Origin: Bifidobacterium breve
GTDB lineage: Bacteria; Acidobacteriota; Vicinamibacteria; Vicinamibacterales; CAVVIG01
DNA length: 48,812 nucleotides
NCBI GenBank assembly: GCA_943328785.2
Contig: CALQBJ020000002.1
Location: 1 to 48,812, forward strand
Reading direction: 5' to 3'
Made by a program: the position numbers and the translations under genes. This document shows positions 17,290 through 26,009 of the stretch, in pieces; position 1 is the first letter of the stretch; every line of letters begins with the position of its first letter. The notes under the pieces were generated by a model, which saw nothing but the letters and a program-made list of their open reading frames with translations, had not been told where the DNA came from and did not search any database.

Positions 17290-20220
17290 ATGAAACTCAG
17301 GACTCTGCTCGCGTTCATCCTTCTTCTCGCTGGAGCCGCACCCGCTCGCGCGCAGGTCGATCGCGCGACCGTGACTGGTACCATCCACGACCCGTCCGGC
17401 GCCGCCATCGAAGGAGCCCTCATCGTGGTCCGCTACGCGGCAACCGGACTCACCCGTCCGGCGCTCTCGAATGACCGGGGCGCGTTCTTCATCACCGGCC
17501 TGCCTGTCGGATCCGTGGAGGTGGAGGTGGGACGCGACGGGTTCCGGCCGATTCGGATCGACACCGACCTCAAGGTTGGCGAGACACGCACCGTCAACGT
17601 CTCGCTCGAGATCGCGGGTGTCGAGTCCACCGTCGACGTTGTGGCGCCGGCTGCTCTGGTCCGGAATTCGGCAAGCCTCGGCTCCGTGCTGGAGAACAAG
17701 GATGTGAGCAAGTTGCCCATCAACGGCCGCAACTGGGGCAACCTGATGGCGCTCATTCCAGGCGCCGTCGACACGGGCGGCGGCAACGGCTCGAGCGTGC
17801 GCTTCGTCGGGCACGGCGGCGATGACAACAACCTGCGCGTCGACGGCGTGGACGCGACGTCGGTGCGAGGCCAGAGCCAGGGCAAGAGCCGCCTGATGCT
17901 CTCGACCGACGCTATCGCGGAGTTCCGGGTGACGTCGGCGCTCTACAGCGCCGAGTCCGGCGGTTCGAGCGGCGGCCAGATCGAGATCGTGACCAAGGGA
18001 GGCACCAACGCCTTCCACGGCGGCCTGTTCGAGTACTTCCGGAACGGCGCACTGGACGCGCGGAGCCCATTCGATGGAGCGACGAAACCCGAGTTCCGCC
18101 TGAACCAGTACGGCGGCACGCTCGGCGGCCCGCTGCGCTCGGGGCGCACGTTCTTCTTCGGGTCGTACGAGGGGCTGCGCCAGCGGCAGGGACGGACCCA
18201 GATCGGGTTCGTGCCGTCGGCGGCGTTCCGCGCGGCCGCCGCGCCCGCGCTCAAGGCCATCCTCGACGCCTACCCGGAAGGACAGACGGTCGTCAACGCC
18301 AACGTCATGCAGTGGACGGGTGTTGCCTATGCGACCCAGAACGAAGATGTCGGCACCCTGCGCGTCGATCACCGCCTCTCGGACAGGCTGAGCGGCTACG
18401 TCCGGGTGAGCAAGAACGCGACGGACATTTTTACTCCCAGTTCCACACTGCCTACCGGCACGAAGAACCCGGATGCTCCGACGAGCGGGGTGCTCGATCT
18501 GCTCTTCCTCGTGAGTCCGCGCACGACCAACGAACTCCGAGTCGGCACCAACTACGCCGAGCCGCTGAACTCGCAGACCATCGGCGGCACGACCGACATC
18601 GGCGTGTCGGTTCCATCCTTTTCCACACTCCCGGCCCAGACCTTCCGGGTCGCCATCGGGCACTCCCAGTCGCTCGTCGACCAGTGGGCGACCTTTCGTG
18701 GCAAGCACACCATCAAGGCCGGTCTCGACCTGCGGCACATTCAGCTCGACATCCACGACGGTCCGAACGCCCAGGCCGGAACGCTCACCTACGCAAGCCT
18801 CGCGGATTTCCAGGTGAACAAGCTGAATACCGCGGAGTACTCGGCCGAACTGCCGAACAAGACGATGCGCAAGCTGTCGTACTTCATGTATGCGCAGGAC
18901 GAGTGGAAGCTCGGGCCGACGCTCTCGAGCAACATCGGGATGCGCTACGAGTACTACGGCGTGTTCAAGGAGATCAACGGCCTCGCCATTCCGTTCGACA
19001 TCATCAACTGTGGCGGCTACTGCGCACCGGGCTCGACCTTCTCCTATCCGGATCGGAACAACGTCGCGCCGCGCGTCAGCCTCGCCTGGGCGCCCGGCTC
19101 CGGGCGGACGGTGATCAGCCTTGGCACCGGGCTCTACTACGGAGACGCGCAACTGGGCGACCAGTACACGCCCGCCAACAACGACACCGAGCGATTCACG
19201 CTGTCGCAGGCGACGACGCCGGGGTTGGGCTTTCCGATCGACAAGTACCTCGCCCCTGGCACAGCGCTCGCGACCGCTCCGCGCTCGATGCCGCTCGACA
19301 AGCAGAACGAGCAGTCGCTCCAGTGGGGCGTGAATGTGCAGCGGGCGCTCGGCGCGCACCTCAGCGCGACCATCGGATACACCGGCCAGCGTAACAGTCA
19401 TGTCTTCAGCCGCACCTATGTCAACCTGCTCGATCCGGTGACGAAGCAGCGGCCGTTCCCAGCGCTCGACCAGATCGATGTCCGCGGGGCCGACGGCAAC
19501 TCGCGATTCCAGGGGCTGACGACCACGTTCAAAGTCAGTGCGTGGCACGGCCTGTCGGCGACGGCGAACTACATGCTGTCGCACGCGACCGACGACGGGT
19601 CGTCTGGCGGCGGCGGTGCGAACCCGGCCCAGAACGTGTCCTGCTTCTCGTGTGAATGGGCGGACAGCTCGATCGATGCACGTCACGTGTTCACCTCCTA
19701 CTTCTCGTACGAGCTGCCGTTCGCGAAGCAGCACCGCTTCCTGGGCGGGTGGCAGTGGACGGGAATCGCGACCGCGCGCACAGGCATGCCGCTCAACATC
19801 ACCGTGACACGCAGAGCGGCAGACATGCCGGACGGCAACACGTTGTCCGCGCAGCGCCCGGATCTGGTGCCCGGTGTACCGCTCTACCTGGACTACGCCA
19901 CGACCGGGAAGTGGCTGAACAGCGCAGCGTTCGCGGTGCCGGCGCCGGGGACGTGGGGCAACCTGCCGCGCAACGCCGTCCGCGCCCCTGGGCTCTTCCA
20001 GGTCGATACCGCCTTCACGAAACGGACGGCCATCAAGGGCGGTACCGGCGTCGAGGTGGGGATCGAGTTCTTCAACCTGTTCAACCGTCCGCAGCTCGGC
20101 ACACCGACCGCAAACACCAGCTCCGCGAACTTTGGTCGTATCACGACGCTGGCCAACAGCTCGCCCGTCGGCGTCGGCACGCCGCGACAGGTGCAACTGA
20201 TGATGCGTCTTTCGTTCTAG
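17290..20220 (+). CDS. TonB-dependent receptor with N-terminal carboxypeptidase-regulatory-like domain (TBDR1)
   Basis: Signal peptide, then TVTGTIHDPSGAAIEGALIVV...DRGAFFITGLPVG (CarboxypepD_reg-like). Plug-like region (LPINGRNW), a long barrel, and C-terminal MMRLSF. Confidence 0.9.
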   Translation: MKLRTLLAFILLLAGAAPARAQVDRATVTGTIHDPSGAAIEGALIVVRYAATGLTRPALSNDRGAFFITGLPVGSVEVEVGRDGFRPIRIDTDLKVGETRTVNVSLEIAGVESTVDVVAPAALVRNSASLGSVLENKDVSKLPINGRNWGNLMALIPGAVDTGGGNGSSVRFVGHGGDDNNLRVDGVDATSVRGQSQGKSRLMLSTDAIAEFRVTSALYSAESGGSSGGQIEIVTKGGTNAFHGGLFEYFRNGALDARSPFDGATKPEFRLNQYGGTLGGPLRSGRTFFFGSYEGLRQRQGRTQIGFVPSAAFRAAAAPALKAILDAYPEGQTVVNANVMQWTGVAYATQNEDVGTLRVDHRLSDRLSGYVRVSKNATDIFTPSSTLPTGTKNPDAPTSGVLDLLFLVSPRTTNELRVGTNYAEPLNSQTIGGTTDIGVSVPSFSTLPAQTFRVAIGHSQSLVDQWATFRGKHTIKAGLDLRHIQLDIHDGPNAQAGTLTYASLADFQVNKLNTAEYSAELPNKTMRKLSYFMYAQDEWKLGPTLSSNIGMRYEYYGVFKEINGLAIPFDIINCGGYCAPGSTFSYPDRNNVAPRVSLAWAPGSGRTVISLGTGLYYGDAQLGDQYTPANNDTERFTLSQATTPGLGFPIDKYLAPGTALATAPRSMPLDKQNEQSLQWGVNVQRALGAHLSATIGYTGQRNSHVFSRTYVNLLDPVTKQRPFPALDQIDVRGADGNSRFQGLTTTFKVSAWHGLSATANYMLSHATDDGSSGGGGANPAQNVSCFSCEWADSSIDARHVFTSYFSYELPFAKQHRFLGGWQWTGIATARTGMPLNITVTRRAADMPDGNTLSAQRPDLVPGVPLYLDYATTGKWLNSAAFAVPAPGTWGNLPRNAVRAPGLFQVDTAFTKRTAIKGGTGVEVGIEFFNLFNRPQLGTPTANTSSANFGRITTLANSSPVGVGTPRQVQLMMRLSF

Positions 20221-20239
20221 GGCGCAGGAGATCCGAGCC

Positions 20240-21760
20240 ATGACACCGTTCTCACGTCGAGACTTCCTCCGCAGCGCCGGGGGCGTCACGTTCCTGGCGC
20301 TGCTCCCGCAGGGGCCAGGCGCGTTCGCGGCGCCCGAACCCGCCGCTGGCCCGAGGCTGCCGCTCTTCACGGTGTTGCCGTACATCCAGCCCGGCTCGCA
20401 GAGCCGGCTGGCCCCCGGTGCGGACTCCATGGTGGTGGCGTGGCAGACCCAGGAGGCGCCGGCCGAGTTCCACGTCGAGTTCGGCGACGCTGGGGCCTTC
20501 GAGCGGCGAGCGACCGTCGTCTCGGCGGTGCGCTTCTCGGGGCGCGGAGGCGACGTCGAGCGCCGTCTGAACTGGCACGCCGAACTGACCGGGCTCGAGT
20601 TGGGCCGACGGTACGTCTACCGCGTCAGCGGCAACGGACAGGTGCTGGCCGAGGGGTTCTTCACCACCAGGCAGCCGCGCGGGCAACGCGTGCGCTTCGT
20701 GGCCTTCGGGGACAACTCCTACGGCGATCCATCCGACCGGGCCATCGCGTTCCATGCGCACGCGCAGCATCCGGACTTCGTGATGAACTGCGGCGACAAC
20801 GTGTACGACAGTGGGTTGGACAACGAATACCAGCGCTTCTTCTTCCCGGTCTACAACAGCGATGTCGCGCATCATCGTGTCGGCGCACCGCTGCTGCGCT
20901 CGGTGCCGTTCTACACCGTAATCGCCAACCACGACGTGCAGGACAAGGACGCGAACAATCACGAGACCGCCGACTTCGGGAAGAATCCGGACGCGCTGGC
21001 GTTCTATACGGCGATGCACCTGCCGCTCAACGGACCGGAGGTGCCGACCTATCCCACGCCAATCCAGGGTCCGCCTGACCGCATCGACGTGTTCCGTGCC
21101 GCCGCAGCGTCGCGGTTTCCCCGGATGGCAAACTACTCGTTCGACTACGGGGATGCCCACTTCCTGTGCCTCGACTCGAACCTGTACACCGACCCCAACG
21201 ATCCGACGTTGAGGCGCTGGATCGAGGCCGACCTCTCATCAACCGACGCCGTGTGGAAGTTCGTCGTCTGCCACCATCCGCCGTTCAACGTCGGTGGTGA
21301 ACACTTCCAGGTGCAGCACATGCGCGTGCTGGCTCCCATCTTCGAGGCGCACGGCGTGGACATCGTGTTGTCCGGCCACGAACACAACTACCAGCGCCCG
21401 CGCCCGCTCCGCTTCATGCCGTCTGGGCCGGGGCTGTCGGCCCTGGTCGCCGGCCGCGACCGGAAGGTGCCCGGCCGATTTACTGTCGATCGCCACTTCG
21501 ATGGCGTCACCCATACCCTGCCAGACGGCGTGCTCTACGTCGTCAGCGGTGCCGGCGGAAAGCACCTGTACGACCCGGGTTACACGGACGCTCCGTCCCG
21601 CTGGACGCACGCCGAGGACAGCCATGAGGACTATGTCGTGCGCATGGTCACCGACCGGCATTCGCTGACAGTCTTCGATCTCGACGGCGATCGTCTGACC
21701 ATGCGCCAGGTCGACGAGGATGGGGTGGAGTTCGATCGGCTCGTCATCACGAAGGCGTGA
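20240..21760 (+). CDS. Tat-exported purple-acid-phosphatase-like metallophosphoesterase
   Basis: Twin-arginine signal SRRDFLRSAGG and an N-terminal PAP-type beta domain. Metallophosphoesterase blocks GDNSYG, GDNVYDSG, ANHD, VCHHPPF and GHEHNYQR. Confidence 0.88.
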   Translation: MTPFSRRDFLRSAGGVTFLALLPQGPGAFAAPEPAAGPRLPLFTVLPYIQPGSQSRLAPGADSMVVAWQTQEAPAEFHVEFGDAGAFERRATVVSAVRFSGRGGDVERRLNWHAELTGLELGRRYVYRVSGNGQVLAEGFFTTRQPRGQRVRFVAFGDNSYGDPSDRAIAFHAHAQHPDFVMNCGDNVYDSGLDNEYQRFFFPVYNSDVAHHRVGAPLLRSVPFYTVIANHDVQDKDANNHETADFGKNPDALAFYTAMHLPLNGPEVPTYPTPIQGPPDRIDVFRAAAASRFPRMANYSFDYGDAHFLCLDSNLYTDPNDPTLRRWIEADLSSTDAVWKFVVCHHPPFNVGGEHFQVQHMRVLAPIFEAHGVDIVLSGHEHNYQRPRPLRFMPSGPGLSALVAGRDRKVPGRFTVDRHFDGVTHTLPDGVLYVVSGAGGKHLYDPGYTDAPSRWTHAEDSHEDYVVRMVTDRHSLTVFDLDGDRLTMRQVDEDGVEFDRLVITKA

Positions 21761-21849
21761 GCGGCGGCTCGTTGCGTTGATCGTTACCTGCGTGTACTAG
21801 AATCCGGGGCACGGCACGACGGGCGTGCCGCCCATACGCAGGAGCCCCG

Positions 21850-23283
21850 ATGGCACAGCCGGACGGTGGCAAGGTCTACGTGGTCGACACGAGTGTTCTC
21901 GTCTCTGCTCCCGACGCCCTTCAGAACCTGACAGACGGCAATACCGTCATCATCCCGTTTCCTGTCCTCCAGGAACTCGACAAGCGCCGCACCGACTCGA
22001 GCGGCGTCGGCTACACCGCCAGACAGACCATCCGCTTTCTCGACCAGCTCCAGTCCGGCGCCACGCCCGAGATGCTTCGCGACGGCATCCCGATGCATGG
22101 GGGGCGCGTCTGCTTCCACGGCGGTGAGCTCGACGTGTCACGCGCCTGGCCCGGCTTCTCGCCCGGCTACGCCGACGATGTGATCATCATGCTGGCCAGT
22201 TCGCGGCAGGAGTCACACCCCGACATCCCGGTCTCCATCGTCACGCGCGATGCGGCGATGCGCTGCAAGGCGCGGGCGCGCGGTGTTGCCGCCGAGGACT
22301 ACTACAGCGATCGTCCGGTCACCTCGCCCGACAAGTTCTACTCGGGGCGCATCCGTATCGACGTGCCCGAAGAGCGGGCCGGACTGTTGTCGGCGCTCCA
22401 CGTCGACCAGCGGCTGGCGGTGTCGGAACTGGCCGACTACACCGACGTGTCCGAGTTGCTGGTGAACCAGTGCTGCGAACTGCGCGTGAACGGCAACGGC
22501 AAGGCGGCGTGGGGCATCTACAAGCAGCACGACGGCGTTGGCTACCTCAGGCGCGTCAACCTCAAGCACGGTGAACGTTTCGGTCCCTGCAATCCGGAAC
22601 AGTCGTGCGCCCGTGAGTTGATGCTCGACGAGCAGACGCTCATCGTGTCGCTGGTCGGGATGGCCGGCACCGGCAAGACGCTCATGGCGTTGCTGTCGGC
22701 ATTCGAACTGTACCGCGCAGGGCGGGTCTCGAAGATCGAGGTCTACCGGCTGAATGCGGAAGCCGGTCGCGGGCTCGGGTTCCTGCCGGGCAACCTGGGC
22801 GACAAGATGGCGCCGTGGGCCAAGCCGATCATCGACAACCTGGATTTCATCATCAGGCGAATGGGGAACGGGTCGCGCTTCAGCAACGCGGTGGCCGACC
22901 CGCAGGGCGAGCGTAGCCCCGGGAACGGGAACGGCGGCGGGCCGTCGGCAACGGTCGAGGAGCTGCTGGCGCGCAACATCCTCGAGATCGCCCCGATCAA
23001 CTACCTGCGCGGACGCTCCATCCACGACGCCGTGGTCATCGTGGACGATGGGCAGAACCTGACGCAAGAGGATATGAAGCTCGTGCTGACCCGCGCGGGC
23101 GAGGGGACGCGCGTCATCCTGACGGGCGACCCCGATCAGATCGACCGCACCGAGGTCGACGCCCTGTCGAACGGCCTCGTCCAGGTGGTGGAGCGCTTCA
23201 AGGGGCAGCCGACGTTCGCGCACCTGACGATGAAGGCCGTCGTCCGGTCACGCATCGCGGAGCTTGCCGCGACGCTGCTGTAG
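21850..23283 (+). CDS. phoH2: PIN-domain / PhoH-like ATPase fusion (PhoH2 / YlaK type)
   Basis: N-terminal PIN (VYVVDTSVLV...PFPVLQELD), Walker A GMAGTGKT, and the PhoH-like C-terminal part (LTGDPDQIDR). AGGAG RBS upstream. Confidence 0.9.
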   Translation: MAQPDGGKVYVVDTSVLVSAPDALQNLTDGNTVIIPFPVLQELDKRRTDSSGVGYTARQTIRFLDQLQSGATPEMLRDGIPMHGGRVCFHGGELDVSRAWPGFSPGYADDVIIMLASSRQESHPDIPVSIVTRDAAMRCKARARGVAAEDYYSDRPVTSPDKFYSGRIRIDVPEERAGLLSALHVDQRLAVSELADYTDVSELLVNQCCELRVNGNGKAAWGIYKQHDGVGYLRRVNLKHGERFGPCNPEQSCARELMLDEQTLIVSLVGMAGTGKTLMALLSAFELYRAGRVSKIEVYRLNAEAGRGLGFLPGNLGDKMAPWAKPIIDNLDFIIRRMGNGSRFSNAVADPQGERSPGNGNGGGPSATVEELLARNILEIAPINYLRGRSIHDAVVIVDDGQNLTQEDMKLVLTRAGEGTRVILTGDPDQIDRTEVDALSNGLVQVVERFKGQPTFAHLTMKAVVRSRIAELAATLL

Positions 23284-23334
23284 CGAGCGACCCGGCAGGT
23301 GCAGCGGGAGCGGGCCGTGCGCCCGACCCGCGAC

Positions 23335-23565
23335 CTAGGGGGTGGCGCCGAGTCGCAAGGTCCTGGTGACGCCAGCCACCTGCACCACGACCGACCGCGG
23401 CGCCGGCAGCAGTTCCCAGAGGAAGACCTTCGTGCCACGCACGTGGCTGCGCACGCGGCAGGCCGCATGGCGACACTCGATGACCCGCGTGTGGGCAACG
23501 CCGGTGTCCGGCGAGCAGGAGACGTAGGCGGTGCAGCCGCAGGGCAGGGGAAGCGTGTAGGACAT
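23335..23565 (-). CDS. Hypothetical small Cys/His-rich protein
   Basis: 76 aa, high GC3. MSYTLPLPCGCTAYVSCSPDTGVAHTRVIECRHAACRVRSHVRG has 5 Cys and 3 His in the first 42 residues. No SD; a -10-like TAGAAC lies 7 nt upstream of the ATG, so the mRNA may be leaderless. Confidence 0.5.
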   Translation of the reverse strand: MSYTLPLPCGCTAYVSCSPDTGVAHTRVIECRHAACRVRSHVRGTKVFLWELLPAPRSVVVQVAGVTRTLRLGATP

Positions 23566-23861
23566 GCTGTCTGTTCTACGCCGGCGCTGTGACGAACGGG
23601 CGACAGCGGTTCGTGGTCGCGGTAAAAGGTCGGCCCGCGGAGGTCACGACCTGTTCCAGTTGAACCGCGAGCGCCGATTCGCGTGCGGTCCCGCCAGCAT
23701 CACCGTGGTCTCGGTGCTCTCGAGCGCGACGTCGACGTGCTGGTCGACATCGTGCGCGAGACGACGAGGCCGGTCGATCAGGCGGAGGGTCGGATTCGTC
23801 GAACGCCCGTCGCTGAATATTTACGCGCCGTTCGCCACCGTTTCGCGCGCGCGTTACCAGC

Positions 23862-23926
23862 GGTCTCCATACTCAGGTGGACGATAGCGCCGGGCCCACG
23901 GGCGGGCCGGCCCTCCACTGGAGACC
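23862..23926 (+). promoter_or_regulatory. GC-rich nested hairpin in the PHP gene leader that pairs with the ribosome-binding site
   Basis: Outer perfect 8-bp stem GGTCTCCA (23862-23869) / TGGAGACC (23919-23926), which contains the GGAGA SD 2-6 nt before the ATG at 23929. Inner stems are GTGGA/TCCAC and GCCGG(G)CCC/GGGCCGGC. Confidence 0.35.
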
Positions 23927-23928
23927 CG

Positions 23929-24846
23929 ATGAAACTCGACGCGCACGTCCACACCAACTACTCGGGCATGACCACGATCTGGCCGCTCTCGCTCATCATG
24001 CGGGAGTCCTACAACACGCCGGAACGGGTTTACGCGCTGGCCAAGGCGCGTGGCATGGATCTGGTGGCCATCACCGACCACGACACGATCGCCGGTGCCC
24101 TCTCGCTGGCACACTATCCTGACGTCTTCGTCGGGTGCGAGGTGTCGGCGTCCTTTCCAGGGCAACCGGTGGACGTGCACCTCGGCGTCCTCGACATCAC
24201 CGAGCGTCAGTTTCGCCAGATCGACCTGCTGCGCGGCGACGTGCTCGAACTCGTGCAGTACCTGCGCGATGAAGCCATCTTCACGACGATCAACCATGTG
24301 GCCTCGCAGGTGAACGGACGCCTCACGCCGACGCACATTGCGGCGCTGCTGCCGTGGGTCGATGCCTTCGAGGTGATCAACGGATCGCGCCTCGGCCGCC
24401 AGAACCGGACCGCGCAGGCGCTGGCCGCCTCCGCGTCGAAGCGCACGATCGGCGGCAGTGACGCCCATACCGGCCGCGGCATTGGCCGCACGTGGACAGA
24501 AGTGCCGGGTGCCTCGGATCGCACCGAGTTCATGGCCGGACTCCGCGCCGGGCGCGCGGTTGCCGGTGGCCGGCAAGGCAGCTACTTCACGATGGCGTCC
24601 GACATGCTGCGCTTCGCCGGGCGCTTCTATGAGGAGCGCACCCTCGATGCCGTGCGCAGTCCGCTCGAGTGGCAGCGGCACCTCTTTCTCGCCTGCAGCG
24701 TGATCGGCCTGCCACTGCTGACGCTGCCGCTGCTCGGGGCGATGGTGCACTTCGTCGAGGAGGCGCGCTTCAACCAGTCGCTCCTCATCGACCTCGTCGA
24801 GCGGCCGGCGATCGCCCTTACCACGCCACTACCAGAGGTGGCGTAG
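23929..24846 (+). CDS. PHP-domain metal-dependent phosphoesterase with a C-terminal hydrophobic anchor (PHP1)
   Basis: MKLDAHVHTNYS, VAITDHDT, GCEV, INH and GGSDAH are PHP-family metal-ligand motifs. C-terminal helix HLFLACSVIGLPLLTLPLLGAMV. Internal ATG of track ORF 23683..24846. Confidence 0.85.
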   Translation: MKLDAHVHTNYSGMTTIWPLSLIMRESYNTPERVYALAKARGMDLVAITDHDTIAGALSLAHYPDVFVGCEVSASFPGQPVDVHLGVLDITERQFRQIDLLRGDVLELVQYLRDEAIFTTINHVASQVNGRLTPTHIAALLPWVDAFEVINGSRLGRQNRTAQALAASASKRTIGGSDAHTGRGIGRTWTEVPGASDRTEFMAGLRAGRAVAGGRQGSYFTMASDMLRFAGRFYEERTLDAVRSPLEWQRHLFLACSVIGLPLLTLPLLGAMVHFVEEARFNQSLLIDLVERPAIALTTPLPEVA

Positions 24847-26009
24847 TGCTCAGGGTCGGCATCTTCACGGACAACGACTTCGAGAAGGTCAACGGCGTCA
24901 CCACGTCGCTCCGCGCCGCCGTCGAGCATGCACCGGCCGACCTGCACCTGCGCGTCTACACCTGCGACGCGAGGGGTGCCGACGAGCCGACCTACCTGGC
25001 CATTCGTGCGCATGGCATCGGCATCCCCTTCTACAGCGAGATGAAGATGTACGTCCCGCCGGTCCGGGCGCTGCTGCGGCACGCGGCGGCCGATCGCCTC
25101 GACGTCATTCATCTGACCACGCCGGGCCCCGTGGGGTTGGCAGCCATGTACGTGGCGTCGAAACTGCAACTGCCGATGGTCGGCAGTTTCCATACCCACC
25201 TGGCGGAGTACACGACGCGGCTGAGCGGCTCGCGCCGGCTCGGACAGTTGATGCAGGAGTACATGCGGTGGCCCTACGGGAAGTGTCGCCAGATCCTGAC
25301 GCCGTCGGAATCGACGCGGCAGTTGCTGATCGACGCAAAGATCGACCCGGCGAAGCTGCGCCTCTGGGAGAGGGGGGTGTCGACGGTCAGGTTCGATCCG
25401 GCGCGGCGCTCCGAGCGGCTACGCGCCGAATGGGGTGTGTCGGAGAGGCGACCGGCCGTGCTCTACGTCGGGCGCCTGTCGGTCGAGAAGGGGCTGCGCG
25501 AAATGGGGGCGGTTCGGCGGTCCCTCGAGGCCCGGAGCATCGCGCACCGGTTCGTCTTCGTCGGCGACGGCCCGATGCGCGGTGAACTGGAACGACTGGC
25601 GCCGGACGCGGTCTTCACGGGCAACAGAACGCCAGACGAGGTGGCCGTGGCCATGGCGTCGGCGGACCTGTTCGTGTTCCCGAGCCGCACCGACACTGCG
25701 GGCAACGTCGTGCTCGAAGCGCAGGCGAGCGGGCTGCCGGTGCTGGTGACCGATGAGGGGGGGCCGCTCGAGAACATGCTCGACGGCCGCACCGGCGTCG
25801 TCTGCGCCTCCACCCGCGAGCTGTGCCGTCAGGTGCTGGAGTTGTGCGGGCGTACGGCGCGCCGGCAGCAGATGGGTGTGCAGGCGCGCGACTACGCGCG
25901 CGGCCGCCAGTGGCAGACGGCGCTCGCCCCGCTCTATCAGTCCTACCGCGAGGTGGCCGTCTCGCCAGCCAGCGTGTGGGCGATGAAGTCGGGCGTCGTC
26001 GCCGCCTGA
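24846..26009 (+). CDS. GT4-family glycosyltransferase (SqdX/SQD2/Agt-like N-terminus)
   Basis: GTG at 24846 overlaps the PHP stop by 1 nt (TAGTG). LRVGIFTDNDFEKVNGVTTS, VLYVGRLSVEKG and FVFPSRTDTAGNVVLEAQASGLPVLVTDEGG (E-x7-E region). Confidence 0.9.
   Translation: MLRVGIFTDNDFEKVNGVTTSLRAAVEHAPADLHLRVYTCDARGADEPTYLAIRAHGIGIPFYSEMKMYVPPVRALLRHAAADRLDVIHLTTPGPVGLAAMYVASKLQLPMVGSFHTHLAEYTTRLSGSRRLGQLMQEYMRWPYGKCRQILTPSESTRQLLIDAKIDPAKLRLWERGVSTVRFDPARRSERLRAEWGVSERRPAVLYVGRLSVEKGLREMGAVRRSLEARSIAHRFVFVGDGPMRGELERLAPDAVFTGNRTPDEVAVAMASADLFVFPSRTDTAGNVVLEAQASGLPVLVTDEGGPLENMLDGRTGVVCASTRELCRQVLELCGRTARRQQMGVQARDYARGRQWQTALAPLYQSYREVAVSPASVWAMKSGVVAA

Noticed and set aside
16816-20430. 1204-aa ORF on the minus strand, the longest in the track
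   Set aside because: It is exactly antisense to the PepSY gene's 3' end, TBDR1 and the esterase start. Its composition is Arg/Gly/Ala/Val-rich with no recognisable domain. It is a typical stop-free shadow frame of a high-GC3 gene, and the + strand proteins have clear family signatures.
23600-23790. Coding-like minus-strand frame (…LIDRPRRLAHDVDQHVDVALESTETTVMLAGPHANRRSRFNWNRS) in the 363-bp gap between the Cys/His gene and PHP1
   Set aside because: It is under 60 codons and has no convincing start or RBS. The opposite strand is equally open. It may be a gene relic, but I cannot support a call.
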